A DNA stretch of 64,000 nt from Candidatus Wallbacteria bacterium (GTDB lineage: Bacteria; Muiribacteriota; JAQTZZ01): contig JAQTZZ010000014.1 in assembly GCA_028687545.1 (NCBI GenBank), positions 9,348 to 73,347 of the forward strand, written 5' to 3'. Under the pieces are notes generated by a model. That model was given only the letters and a program-made list of their open reading frames with translations. It was not told where the DNA came from and did no database searches. A program made the position numbers and the translations under genes. Positions 1 to 9,009 of the stretch are shown in pieces (position 1 is the stretch's first letter; the number at the start of each line of letters is the position of its first letter).

Positions 1-761
1 TCTTTTCCGGAAAGTCTCTCCCAGACCCTGTCCAGCAGATATCTGTTTCGTTCTGCCAGGTAGTCAGAAGGATTTTCCAGCAGATACTGCGGGGAATATC
101 CGCCCGACACCAGGAGGCTGATCATCAGTTTGAGTGAAAAAGAATGCCCCCGGATTTTCCGGTACAATTCATGTTTTAAGCGTTCAGGCAGTTTATCCAT
201 TTCATGCAGTTCAAAATAGGAGTCCATCATTCTGGAAGAATCCTGGAAGCTCATTCCTTCCAGATTCAGGATCAGATAATCAGGATCATTGACGCCGTAT
301 GTTTCGGCCCGTTTGCGGGACAGGATCACAAGTTTCCCTTTCTTCAAGCCTGAAAGGACTGTCTCTACAAAACGGCCGGAAAGCTGATCCGAAACCAGAT
401 GAAAATCGTCGATGAACAGGATCAGTGAATTTTCATCCAGGATTCTGACGATCTTTTCTGGAATCTTTGAGCCTGAGGAGATTTCTGTCCTGATTCCGTA
501 TATTTCCTTGATTTTCTGAGCGATTTCAGTCGAAAGGTCGTCCAGGTCCCAGCCATTCTTGCAGGTGATCCAGAAAATCCGATCCTGGTACGCCTTTTTG
601 GCGTTGAGGCGGCCTGCGAAACTAAGACCCAGCGAGGTTTTTCCGATTCCAGGTATACCGGAGATCACAATCACTTTGTGACCGGGAAAGCCTGACATCA
701 GATGATCAAGTTCCTGTTCCCTGCCGAAAAAATTGGCTGTGGTGAAAGGCAATTGGGACAT
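1..761 (-). CDS. STAND/NB-ARC-like P-loop ATPase (runs off the left edge; not in the ORF track)
   Basis: Manual translation from ATG at 761 gives MSQLPFTTANFFGREQELDHL, Walker A GIPGIGKT and Walker B LILFIDDFH. The frame stays open to position 1 and the ATG lies 1 nt after the nadK stop. Confidence 0.8.
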   Translation of the reverse strand, partial: MSQLPFTTANFFGREQELDHLMSGFPGHKVIVISGIPGIGKTSLGLSFAGRLNAKKAYQDRIFWITCKNGWDLDDLSTEIAQKIKEIYGIRTEISSGSKIPEKIVRILDENSLILFIDDFHLVSDQLSGRFVETVLSGLKKGKLVILSRKRAETYGVNDPDYLILNLEGMSFQDSSRMMDSYFELHEMDKLPERLKHELYRKIRGHSFSLKLMISLLVSGGYSPQYLLENPSDYLAERNRYLLDRVWERLSGK

Positions 762-762
762 A

Positions 763-1623
763 TCAGTTCCCAAGTTTTTTCCGCAGGACAGAGAAAAAAT
801 TGATCTCTTTGAAAGTCAGGACATTGATGAAAGTCGAGGGTGAGAGTATTTCCACGCAGCTTTCAGGTCCCAGTTGGATGCCCGAAACGCCGTCAATCGT
901 CAGCAATACATCATCCTGTGCCTCTTCGGCCCTGGCTGAAAGGACTGCACCCGGCGGCATCACGATCGGCCTGCAGCTGAGCGAATGGGGCGCGATTGGA
1001 GTGACTATGATCGTACGCATTTCAGGGTAGGCTACCGGGCCGCCTGCAGAAAGGGAGTACCCGGTGGAACCGGTGGCGGAAGAGAAGATCACTCCATCGC
1101 CGCGGTAGCTCTCCACCACCTGGTCCTGCAGCCTGATCTCGATCTTGATCAGCCTGGCATGCCTGGCACGGGAAATCACCGCGTCATTAATCGCAATGAA
1201 GCTCTTCCTGGTTTCTCTTTCGTAGACAGTCACCTTCAGAAAATAGCGTTTCTGCAGCTGAAAACGCTTTGCCAAGACGTCCGAAAGCCTTTCCTCCACA
1301 TCCCTGAAGTCAATTTCGGTAAGGAACCCGAGCCTCCCAACATTAATACCGAAGAGGGGTACATCAGAGAGAGCCATGGCTCTGGCTACATTCAGAAAAG
1401 TCCCATCCCCGCCCAGCACAATGGCGAGGTCCAGATGGCTATAACGACAGCCTTTGTCAGGCCAGTCTGAAAACAGCGGATAATCGTTGAAATACTCGTA
1501 TGAAACCCGATTCAGCTCCAGCCAGTGCCTGATTTTAATCGAGCAGTCAGCGGTACTCGGCCGGGCAGGGTTGACGAACAGTCCAATTTTCTTGAATTCA
1601 AGTTCCTTTGTCATATAGTTCAA
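763..1623 (-). CDS. nadK: NAD(+)/NADH kinase
   Basis: GGDGT motif, INVGRLGFL, NDAV, GDG..ATGSTGYSLSAGGP; follows tlyA. Confidence 0.96.
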   Translation of the reverse strand: MNYMTKELEFKKIGLFVNPARPSTADCSIKIRHWLELNRVSYEYFNDYPLFSDWPDKGCRYSHLDLAIVLGGDGTFLNVARAMALSDVPLFGINVGRLGFLTEIDFRDVEERLSDVLAKRFQLQKRYFLKVTVYERETRKSFIAINDAVISRARHARLIKIEIRLQDQVVESYRGDGVIFSSATGSTGYSLSAGGPVAYPEMRTIIVTPIAPHSLSCRPIVMPPGAVLSARAEEAQDDVLLTIDGVSGIQLGPESCVEILSPSTFINVLTFKEINFFSVLRKKLGN

Positions 1624-2401
1624 ACCAAGCTTTCTTTATAATATCGCTGAAATCAACGGGGGAATCAAGCCCTGACAGCCCGAGGTGCAGGAGGAACTCG
1701 ATATTTCCCTTGGGGCCAGTGATCGGAGAATGAGTTGCTCCTCTCAATCTGAAGCCTGCGGCGCGTAAATCCCCTGTCACTTCAGACAGGGTGCGCAGAT
1801 GCAGTTCCCGGTCGCGTACCACTCCCTTCTCCACATCGGCTTTTCCAACTTCGAACTGAGGTTTGACAAGCATCACCAGTTCAGTGGAAGTCAGAGAAAA
1901 TTCCAGGAATTTGGAAATCAGAAGTCTCAAGGAAATAAAGGAAACATCGGCTGAGATGAAATCCAGATCCGAATCGACTTCGGATCTTTCAAGATAACGG
2001 AAATTTCTCCGTTCCAGTAAAACCACACGCGGATCTTTCCTTAATTTGAAATCAAGCTGCCCGTATCCGACATCGACAGCGTAAATTTTTGCAGCTCCAT
2101 TCTGGAGCAGACAATCTGTGAAACCTCCTGTAGAAGCACCCACGTCCAGGCAGGTTTTCCCGGTTGCCTCGATTTTGAATTCAGTGAGAGCACGTTCGAG
2201 CTTCAAGCCGCCCCGGGAGACATATTTCAGTCTCTCTTTGAGCCTGAGCCTGCCGGCATCTTCAAGAGCCACTTGATGCGACGGCTTGTCGACCCTCTGG
2301 TCACCGAGCAAAACATCGCCCCTCATGATCAGTGCCTTGGCTTCTTCCCTGGATCTGGTCAGGCCCAGGTCAGTTAGTAATAAATCCACTCTTTTTTTCA
2401 T
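1598..2401 (-). CDS. tlyA: TlyA family rRNA (cytidine-2'-O)-methyltransferase
   Basis: S4 domain (MKKRVDLLL..SREEAK), YVSRGGLKL, DVGASTGGFTD, KPQFE, GPKGNIEF. Start reassigned from 2467 to ATG 2401. Confidence 0.93.
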   Translation of the reverse strand: MKKRVDLLLTDLGLTRSREEAKALIMRGDVLLGDQRVDKPSHQVALEDAGRLRLKERLKYVSRGGLKLERALTEFKIEATGKTCLDVGASTGGFTDCLLQNGAAKIYAVDVGYGQLDFKLRKDPRVVLLERRNFRYLERSEVDSDLDFISADVSFISLRLLISKFLEFSLTSTELVMLVKPQFEVGKADVEKGVVRDRELHLRTLSEVTGDLRAAGFRLRGATHSPITGPKGNIEFLLHLGLSGLDSPVDFSDIIKKAWFELYDKGT

Positions 2402-2510
2402 ATTTATTTTAAAATGTAGCTGAAAAATATGTTTTTTACAATTTCCGGTAGGGATTATTTTCTCCATTTCCTCTTGAATTATGGGCTCTCTGCTGATATT
2501 ATAATGGGTT

Positions 2511-3341
2511 ATGGAAATTGTAGCTGATCTCCATCTTCATACAAACTGCTCGGACGGTCTGTTAAGCCCGGAAAAAATGGTTAACATGGCATTTGAATTT
2601 GGACTTTCGGCATGTTCCATTACCGACCATGACACCGTCGATGGGCTTGAATCCGCCATTGAGAAAGGACGGAAAATCGGGGTAGAGGTGATTCCTGGGA
2701 TTGAATTGAATACTGATGGACCGGGGGGAGAAGTCCATATTCTGGGCTATTACATTCCCCATCAGGATCCGGTGTTCCTGGAAGAGCTTAAAATTCTGAA
2801 GCAGGCCAGGGTAGTGCGGATGAAGAAAATGCTTGAAAACATGAAAAAAATCGGGATCACCGTCTATCTCGAGGAAATTCTTCATGAAGCGGGAAATGCT
2901 CCTCCAGGCAGGCCACACCTGGCCAGAGTGCTTGTAAAAAATGGTTTTTCATTCTCATTTGAAGACGCTTTCCGCCGATACCTTGAGAAAGGGAAACCCG
3001 GGTATGAGCCGCATTTCCATAAACTGACACCGAAAACAGCCATCCAGCTGATCAAGAGATTCAACGGTCTTGCGGTGATTGCCCATCCCTTCACCAGCAG
3101 TTACGGGGAGGCTGAGATTAAAGGGCTCCTTCCTTACGGGCTTGATGGGATCGAAGTTTTCCACAGCAAGCATAACAGCATGACGGAAAAGGAATACTTC
3201 TTGATCACTGACAAATACCATCTCCTTGCAACAGGCGGCTCAGACTGCCACGGAGAGCAAACGGTATGCGGACTTCTTGTCGGCAAGTACGGTCTTACTG
3301 CTGAACATTTCAATAATTTCAAATCAAAAGCGAGGTGTTAA
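2511..3341 (+). CDS. PHP domain phosphoesterase (TrpH/YciV-like)
   Basis: DLHLHTNCSDG, ITDHDT, EVHILGY, GRPHLAR, IAHP, TGGSDCHG. Confidence 0.92.
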   Translation: MEIVADLHLHTNCSDGLLSPEKMVNMAFEFGLSACSITDHDTVDGLESAIEKGRKIGVEVIPGIELNTDGPGGEVHILGYYIPHQDPVFLEELKILKQARVVRMKKMLENMKKIGITVYLEEILHEAGNAPPGRPHLARVLVKNGFSFSFEDAFRRYLEKGKPGYEPHFHKLTPKTAIQLIKRFNGLAVIAHPFTSSYGEAEIKGLLPYGLDGIEVFHSKHNSMTEKEYFLITDKYHLLATGGSDCHGEQTVCGLLVGKYGLTAEHFNNFKSKARC

Positions 3342-3342
3342 G

Positions 3343-4680
3343 ATGATGAACATCCTGATTGAAATGATATGCGCATTGGTGCTCCTGTTTCCAACACCAG
3401 GCCGGGCAACTACCGAAGCAGATGTTGAAACAGTCAGGAAGCAGTTCGAAGGCCTGGCGATCGGTGAAGACCGGGAAAAGAAGCAGAAAAAAGACTGGCT
3501 CACCGAAACCCTGGAACAGATGTACCAAGCTGAGCAGGAAGAAAAATGGGAGGAAGTGATCCGGCTTTCGGAAAAGGTGCTGGACTTCGACGCTGGTCAC
3601 AGGGAAGCGAAGACAGCCTGGACCAACGCCAAGCAGAAACTATTCTGGAAGCGGTACGGCGACCATTTCATCTTCGGCATCATCATCCTGATCGCGGCTC
3701 CCTGGCTCTTCAAATTTCTACAGGAACTGATCAATTTCAAACCCACCAAAGATGCCTATCTTTCAAAAGGCAGGGATCTCTATAACGATAAAAAATGGCA
3801 GAAACTAATCGACTATTACAAGAAGATCATGGAAAACCCACGTTATGCAGAGGAATTGCAGATGAAGGATCTGGCAGACATCAACTTACAGATCGGCATG
3901 GCCTATACTAACCTCGGTAAACTCCCCCAGGCCACCAAGGCTCTGACCGAAACTCTCAAATACGATAATACGATCGACGCCGCCCACACCCAGCTCACCC
4001 GGCTCTTTCTCAAGCAAAACGCCACCCACGAGCGAGCTTTACAGGAATATCAGCTCTACTTCAAGCACTTCCCGACTGACATGGAAATCTGCGGCATTCT
4101 CGCAAAGTATTACCTGAGCAAAGAATTGAATACTGACGACGCATTGACGGTGTACCGGAAATACCTCAAGGTCGAACCGGACAACAAAGACATCATCAAA
4201 CTGATAGTCACCCGTTTTATCAGAAAACATGAAAGCACGAAAGAAGCGATGGAGCTCTATGAAAAATTTCTTGGCTTCTTCCCGAATAAGCAGGAAGTAA
4301 GGCGGGAACTGGCCAAGATTTATTTTACCTTCGCTATGTATGAGAAAGCGATCGAGTGCTGCAAGGCCCTGATTGAGAAAGGATTCCTCGACGACGAAGA
4401 CCTGCACAAAATCAATGTTGAATCCCATCAGAAAATGGGTAAATACGAAGAACTGAAGCATTACTATGAAGACTGCAAAGTCAAGTTTTCCCAGTTCACC
4501 CGTTTCGTGGAACTCGCCAACAAGATCATCGGAAAGGGCGAAGAAACCGAATATGCAGAAAAAATCGTGCAGAAAAAGGAAGAGGAAGACAGCAACTTTT
4601 ACATCTGCCCCAACTGCGCACATCTCAATCCGATCGACAGCGAATATTGCCTTGGCTGTGGTAAGCTCATCAAGGAATAG
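3343..4680 (+). CDS. Membrane-anchored TPR protein with C-terminal zinc ribbon
   Basis: Signal peptide from MMNILIEM, a TM segment (HFIFGIIILIAAPWLF), helical TPR-like repeats and C-terminal CPNC..CLGC. Start moved from 3226 to 3343. Confidence 0.75.
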   Translation: MMNILIEMICALVLLFPTPGRATTEADVETVRKQFEGLAIGEDREKKQKKDWLTETLEQMYQAEQEEKWEEVIRLSEKVLDFDAGHREAKTAWTNAKQKLFWKRYGDHFIFGIIILIAAPWLFKFLQELINFKPTKDAYLSKGRDLYNDKKWQKLIDYYKKIMENPRYAEELQMKDLADINLQIGMAYTNLGKLPQATKALTETLKYDNTIDAAHTQLTRLFLKQNATHERALQEYQLYFKHFPTDMEICGILAKYYLSKELNTDDALTVYRKYLKVEPDNKDIIKLIVTRFIRKHESTKEAMELYEKFLGFFPNKQEVRRELAKIYFTFAMYEKAIECCKALIEKGFLDDEDLHKINVESHQKMGKYEELKHYYEDCKVKFSQFTRFVELANKIIGKGEETEYAEKIVQKKEEEDSNFYICPNCAHLNPIDSEYCLGCGKLIKE

Positions 4681-4727
4681 CAGATGGTCGAATATGTTAG
4701 TCTGCACTGACAGAGGGATTTAAAAGA

Positions 4728-7442
4728 ATGCGGATTCTTTATGCTCTCATTTTTGTCTGTCTGTCAGGCTTGCCGCTCCTCGCGGATGATTCTGTGGAAG
4801 TATATGAAGTCAACAGCCCGGATGAGATAGTCAACACCGTGGACACAGAAGGCGATTCCGCCCAGCCCGCTGATAGCGAACCTGAGGCGAATGATGAAAC
4901 AGCCAGCGATTCCATCAGAGGGAACACTCTCAAGGAAATTGCCCAGCCGATCACCCAGGAATACACGATTGATGAGATGTACAAGCGTGGAGAGACATTC
5001 CTGAACAACAAGGAATATGATCTGGCAGCTAAAGAATACAAGTCCATAATCCGCAAGAACAACCGGGAAGCAAACGCCTACGACAAGCTCGCCAAAACAT
5101 ACGACTTCCAGGAAGATTATGAGCGGGAGTCGTCGACTTATCAACTGCTTTATAAAATTTTTCCTGCCAAGGAAAATAACGATAAACTTCAGGCTTCTCT
5201 GAAAAAATTTGTCAATCAGCTGAATAAATTTTATCTCCAGTATCCTTCAGAAGCGATGATTCCAGCCAAAATTGCTGAAGTCTATTACAAGATCGGGGAC
5301 CCTGACAAAGCAGAAAAATTCGCGAAAGAAGCGATTGGTCTGAAGAAGACTACAGCCAAGGCCTATTATATTCTGGCACTGCTGTTCAGAGACAAAAAAG
5401 ACCTGCAAAGAGCTTATGAAAATATCACCGCGGCTTTCGGTTTTGAACCTGAAACTCAGGAATATTTCCAGCTGCTGAACACCATCAGCAAAATGAGGGA
5501 GAAGGAGCAGGAGAGCAGGCCCAAGGTGGAAACCAAGGAAATTATCGACACCCCATACTTTACAAATGCTCTGCGCCTCATCGAACGGAAGGAATACATC
5601 CAGGCTCTGGAGCAGCTCGAAAAGGCACAGGAGCAATTCCCGAACAATAAGGAAATCCTTGCGAGAATCACTGAAGTTCAAAAGCTCAAGCGCGAGGCAT
5701 CTGAAGCCCTTCTTGCTTTGAACATGGGTGTAGCCTGGTTCGCGGACGGAAAATACAACCTTACTGTAGAAAAATATCAGAAGGAAATCATCGACAAAAA
5801 CCGAGTGAATCTGGTGGATTACCTCTCTTTTTACAGTCTTCTTCTCCGCTCTTATTACAACCTGGGACGCTGGGATGACTGCATCAGGACCAGCAATCTT
5901 CTGCTCGAACAAGTCCCTATAGCAGTAGAAGCTTATTATTATGCCGGTCTTTCCTGCGAACAGACCGGGAAAAACGATCAGGCTTTCAAATACTTTCTCA
6001 AAGCCATGACCCTGCCGGTGGAGCTGGTGAAACACCCCGAATTCAGGCGCACCCTGGAAAGCAAAGTGTTTTATTATAAACTGCGTAAAAACAGCGGCTG
6101 GATTTTTCTCTTGATCCTGCTGACCTCAGGGTTGGCAGGCGGCGGCTGGTTCCTTTTCAATCAAGGACCTTTCAAGAAAAAAAGACTGCTCGGAAAATTA
6201 CAGTCTGCCTTTGAAGAACGCAAAGTTTCTGAAGTGAGCGATCTGTATCGGAAGCTTGAAAAAATGCCTCTGTCTCCCTCAGAAACAAAGTCTGTCTATG
6301 GAATCTGGGCTGAATCGAACTTTCAGCAGGGAAATTATGAAAAGTCCCTGACCGCACTGAAAAATGTGATAAAAGTAGATCCGAATGACATCCAGAGCCA
6401 CTCCCTGATCGCGAAAATTTTCCTGAAAAAAGAGATTCTGTCCGACGAAGCCCTTTACGAATACGCCAGATTGATCAAGAAAGAACCCAACAACATCGAA
6501 CTCCTGCACCTGATCGTAAAGTTTTTCAATTCTTCCGGGGAAAAACTTTTTGAAAAATGGAACAAGACTTTCGGCAACGATCTGCCTCTGATTCTGGAGA
6601 CACTTTACCGTCTGGAGCCGGCCAACCCTGAGGTTCTGCACTTGTGGACGATTCTGGCTCTCAAGGAAAAACGATCTGACGACAAGTCCAGAGAGATTTA
6701 TGAGCGCTATCTCGAATTCAACAAGGACGAGAAACTGGCGCTGCAGATAAAACCGATCCTGCTGCGCGGATACTACAACCTGCAAAAACATGAAAAGGCT
6801 CTGAACCTCGGCGTGGAGCTGCTGGAAAAGATCCCTGAAGAAAAAGAACTGTTCATGATTGTCGCCGATATTTGTGAACAGGAAGATAAAATCACCTGGC
6901 TGCTCGCGCATCTGGAGAAAATGGCCAACAAAAATCCGGGCCGGAGTGCCTTCCGAGAATACATCTCTCAACTGCGGGAAAAAATCAAGCTGCGTGAAAA
7001 TCAGATTGTGGACGCCTCTGATTCTAAGGTCGGTGAACTTTCCGTGGATGAAGTCAAAAATCTGTTCGAAGAAGGCAAGGAACTGTTTAAAAGCGGGGAA
7101 CTCAACCAGGCCATCGCTTTCTTCAGGAAATGCTTTAAATTCAGCCCAGACACCTTTATGCAGCATCGCAGCAGCAAGCTGCTGATTCTCAGTTATCTGC
7201 GGAAAGGTTTGTTCGATCTCGCCAACGAACAATACAAAATCACGAATTTCGACGAGATCGGGATGTCTCCTGATCTGAAGGAATTATGTTATCTGATTGG
7301 TGAAGCCTTCGAAAAAGCCGGCCTTTTCGAGGATGCCATGCAAATGTATGACAAGATCTGCAGGGTAGATGTCAGCTACCGCGATTCCTTCGACCGATTC
7401 GAGCGCTTGAGAAATTATGTAGAAAAGAATGAATCAATTTAG
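4728..7442 (+). CDS. Large signal-peptide/TM-containing TPR protein
   Basis: 904 aa; N-terminal signal peptide, central TM (WIFLLILLTSGLAGGGWFLF), TPR-type repeats on both sides of it. Confidence 0.8.
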   Translation: MRILYALIFVCLSGLPLLADDSVEVYEVNSPDEIVNTVDTEGDSAQPADSEPEANDETASDSIRGNTLKEIAQPITQEYTIDEMYKRGETFLNNKEYDLAAKEYKSIIRKNNREANAYDKLAKTYDFQEDYERESSTYQLLYKIFPAKENNDKLQASLKKFVNQLNKFYLQYPSEAMIPAKIAEVYYKIGDPDKAEKFAKEAIGLKKTTAKAYYILALLFRDKKDLQRAYENITAAFGFEPETQEYFQLLNTISKMREKEQESRPKVETKEIIDTPYFTNALRLIERKEYIQALEQLEKAQEQFPNNKEILARITEVQKLKREASEALLALNMGVAWFADGKYNLTVEKYQKEIIDKNRVNLVDYLSFYSLLLRSYYNLGRWDDCIRTSNLLLEQVPIAVEAYYYAGLSCEQTGKNDQAFKYFLKAMTLPVELVKHPEFRRTLESKVFYYKLRKNSGWIFLLILLTSGLAGGGWFLFNQGPFKKKRLLGKLQSAFEERKVSEVSDLYRKLEKMPLSPSETKSVYGIWAESNFQQGNYEKSLTALKNVIKVDPNDIQSHSLIAKIFLKKEILSDEALYEYARLIKKEPNNIELLHLIVKFFNSSGEKLFEKWNKTFGNDLPLILETLYRLEPANPEVLHLWTILALKEKRSDDKSREIYERYLEFNKDEKLALQIKPILLRGYYNLQKHEKALNLGVELLEKIPEEKELFMIVADICEQEDKITWLLAHLEKMANKNPGRSAFREYISQLREKIKLRENQIVDASDSKVGELSVDEVKNLFEEGKELFKSGELNQAIAFFRKCFKFSPDTFMQHRSSKLLILSYLRKGLFDLANEQYKITNFDEIGMSPDLKELCYLIGEAFEKAGLFEDAMQMYDKICRVDVSYRDSFDRFERLRNYVEKNESI

Positions 7443-7718
7443 TGGTCCACCACGCTTAAATTTGTGATTTCAGCTGGAGTGCCCGGGATTCGGATGCAAG
7501 GCGCGGTGAGGAAGAAAATGTGGTGCATTTTCGACGAACCGCAACGCAGCAGACGGATCGCCGCCACCCGGCAGTCAACGAGGGATGAAACATGATATCG
7601 GCCAGCTTCTTTGTCGCGGCTGTCGCGGCAACCAGCCCAGGTTGCCTTGTCGCCGCTTCGCGAATCTGTCTCGATCTCATGTTTCTGAAAACACAAATTT
7701 AAGTGTGGCGGACCACTA
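7440..7718. mobile_element. MITE-like element with 27-bp terminal inverted repeats
   Basis: TAGTGGTCCACCACGCTTAAATTTGTG (7440-7466) matches the reverse complement of 7692-7718 at 25/27. Internal IR at 7587-7600/7672-7685 (13/14). No coding capacity evident. Confidence 0.7.
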
Positions 7719-7741
7719 GTGACTGGTATTTATTATTTTTC

Positions 7742-7769
7742 TTGACATCCAATATTTTCCCTGTATCCT
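7742..7769 (+). promoter_or_regulatory. Putative sigma70-type promoter for the 7880 gene
   Basis: TTGACA (7742-7747), 16-nt spacer ending in TG, then TATCCT. Confidence 0.45.
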
Positions 7770-7879
7770 ATTAGTGAATTCAAGTGCTTAATATTCAGTA
7801 AGCGAGTATCGCTACACTCCACAATCCAATTCAGTGCGCAGAAGAGATCAAAAACATCCTGTCAAGGCAGGGAGGAAAA

Positions 7880-8620
7880 ATGAATCTCAGATTGGCTATC
7901 GCGGCATTTGCCACACTCTTACTCGCAGGGAACCTTTACGCAGCAGCACCAACCGTCAACGGTGAAACAGTGCGCGACATTTTCCGGATCACTGATGAAT
8001 ACTGCTCAGCAAGGCTTGCAGGCCCAGAAGCGGCGGAAAAAGAATTCTTCAAATTCATGCTCGACACAGTCAGAGCGAAAAATGCAGTCCACCTCGCTGT
8101 GCAGTTTGATTCAGGCAATGTCTCCTTCATCGAACCTCAGACTGGCATCCACATCATGGTACTTCCCAGAAGCTTTACAGTGGAAGACAGGAATCTCGCA
8201 GATGCCCTTTCCGGACTGCTGGCAGGTTTCAATCGCACCTTCTTCAACAAGGGCCCCCAGTTCAGGGCAGTCTCGGCAGACATCCTGATCGACGCTGCTT
8301 CATGGACAAATCCCAGTGCCCCCCGCAACCAGATCAACCTTGAATACTCGGTCAAATTCGTGAACAAAGAAGGTGGCGAGGAAGAAACCGTCAATTATCA
8401 CGGCATAGCCAACATGGTCGAAGATAAAGGCGACCGCGAAGAACTGACGCTGGAGCAGAAGATCCAGAAAACCGAGGCCAAGCTTGCGGATCTCAAAGCC
8501 CAGCTTGTAGTGGTGGAAGCCTCCAACGGCTGCAGCAAGGAATTCGCCATCAGAAGGCTGAAGAAAGAGATCGGAGACCTGGAGGAATACCTCAGGGGTC
8601 TCAAGAACGAAAAAGTGTAA
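7880..8620 (+). CDS. Hypothetical secreted protein with C-terminal coiled coil
   Basis: GGAGG RBS, signal peptide MNLRLAIAAFATLLLAGNLYA, heptad-like C-terminus. Confidence 0.75.
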   Translation: MNLRLAIAAFATLLLAGNLYAAAPTVNGETVRDIFRITDEYCSARLAGPEAAEKEFFKFMLDTVRAKNAVHLAVQFDSGNVSFIEPQTGIHIMVLPRSFTVEDRNLADALSGLLAGFNRTFFNKGPQFRAVSADILIDAASWTNPSAPRNQINLEYSVKFVNKEGGEEETVNYHGIANMVEDKGDREELTLEQKIQKTEAKLADLKAQLVVVEASNGCSKEFAIRRLKKEIGDLEEYLRGLKNEKV

Positions 8621-8641
8621 ACATCGGTTGAGATAGATCGC

Positions 8642-8669
8642 GGAAATCCCCTCTCCGGAGGGGATTTCC
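8642..8669 (+). terminator. Intrinsic terminator
   Basis: Perfect 12-bp stem GGAAATCCCCTC-TCCG-GAGGGGATTTCC followed by ATTTTAT, 21 nt after the stop. Confidence 0.8.
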
Positions 8670-8865
8670 ATTTTATAAGCAACTTGCAGTTTTATTGAAT
8701 TCCCCGTTAGCCGCTTTCGAAAAATGTCAGGGGTTGAGAGGGTAGCTCCAAATCTTGGGTAAAAACGCGGAATCTTTCTTAGTCAGAGAGTCATTTCTGT
8801 TATCAAACATGTGGTAAGAACGAAACTTGATAGAAGCACAATCCCGGAACTCCCCGCCAGGGGTT

Positions 8866-9002
8866 TCAAGGGGACGGAGTCCCATTGATTGGAGGGATTT
8901 TCAAGGGAGGATGACATCCTCCCTTGAAGTTGTTTTTTCTTTTGCCTTGAAACGGGGTCAGGTCGGATTTGGGGCTGGCTTTGCGGGATCGACCAGACCC
9001 CG
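8866..9002. repeat. Cluster of three REP-like hairpins
   Basis: TCAAGGGGAC-GGA-GTCCCATTGA (8866-8888); perfect TTCAAGGGAGGAT-GAC-ATCCTCCCTTGAA (8900-8928); CGGGGTCAGGTCG...CGACCAGACCCCG (8953-9002, 12/13). Confidence 0.6.
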
Positions 9003-9009
9003 GACACAT

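Noticed and set aside
7439-7696. Short ORFs (85 and 74 aa) inside the 7440 element as a transposase
   Set aside because: No DDE, HUH or recombinase motifs; composition reflects the palindromic repeat.
7770-7879. Riboswitch in the 110-nt leader of the 7880 gene
   Set aside because: No match to aptamer cores I recognise; only a weak hairpin near the RBS.
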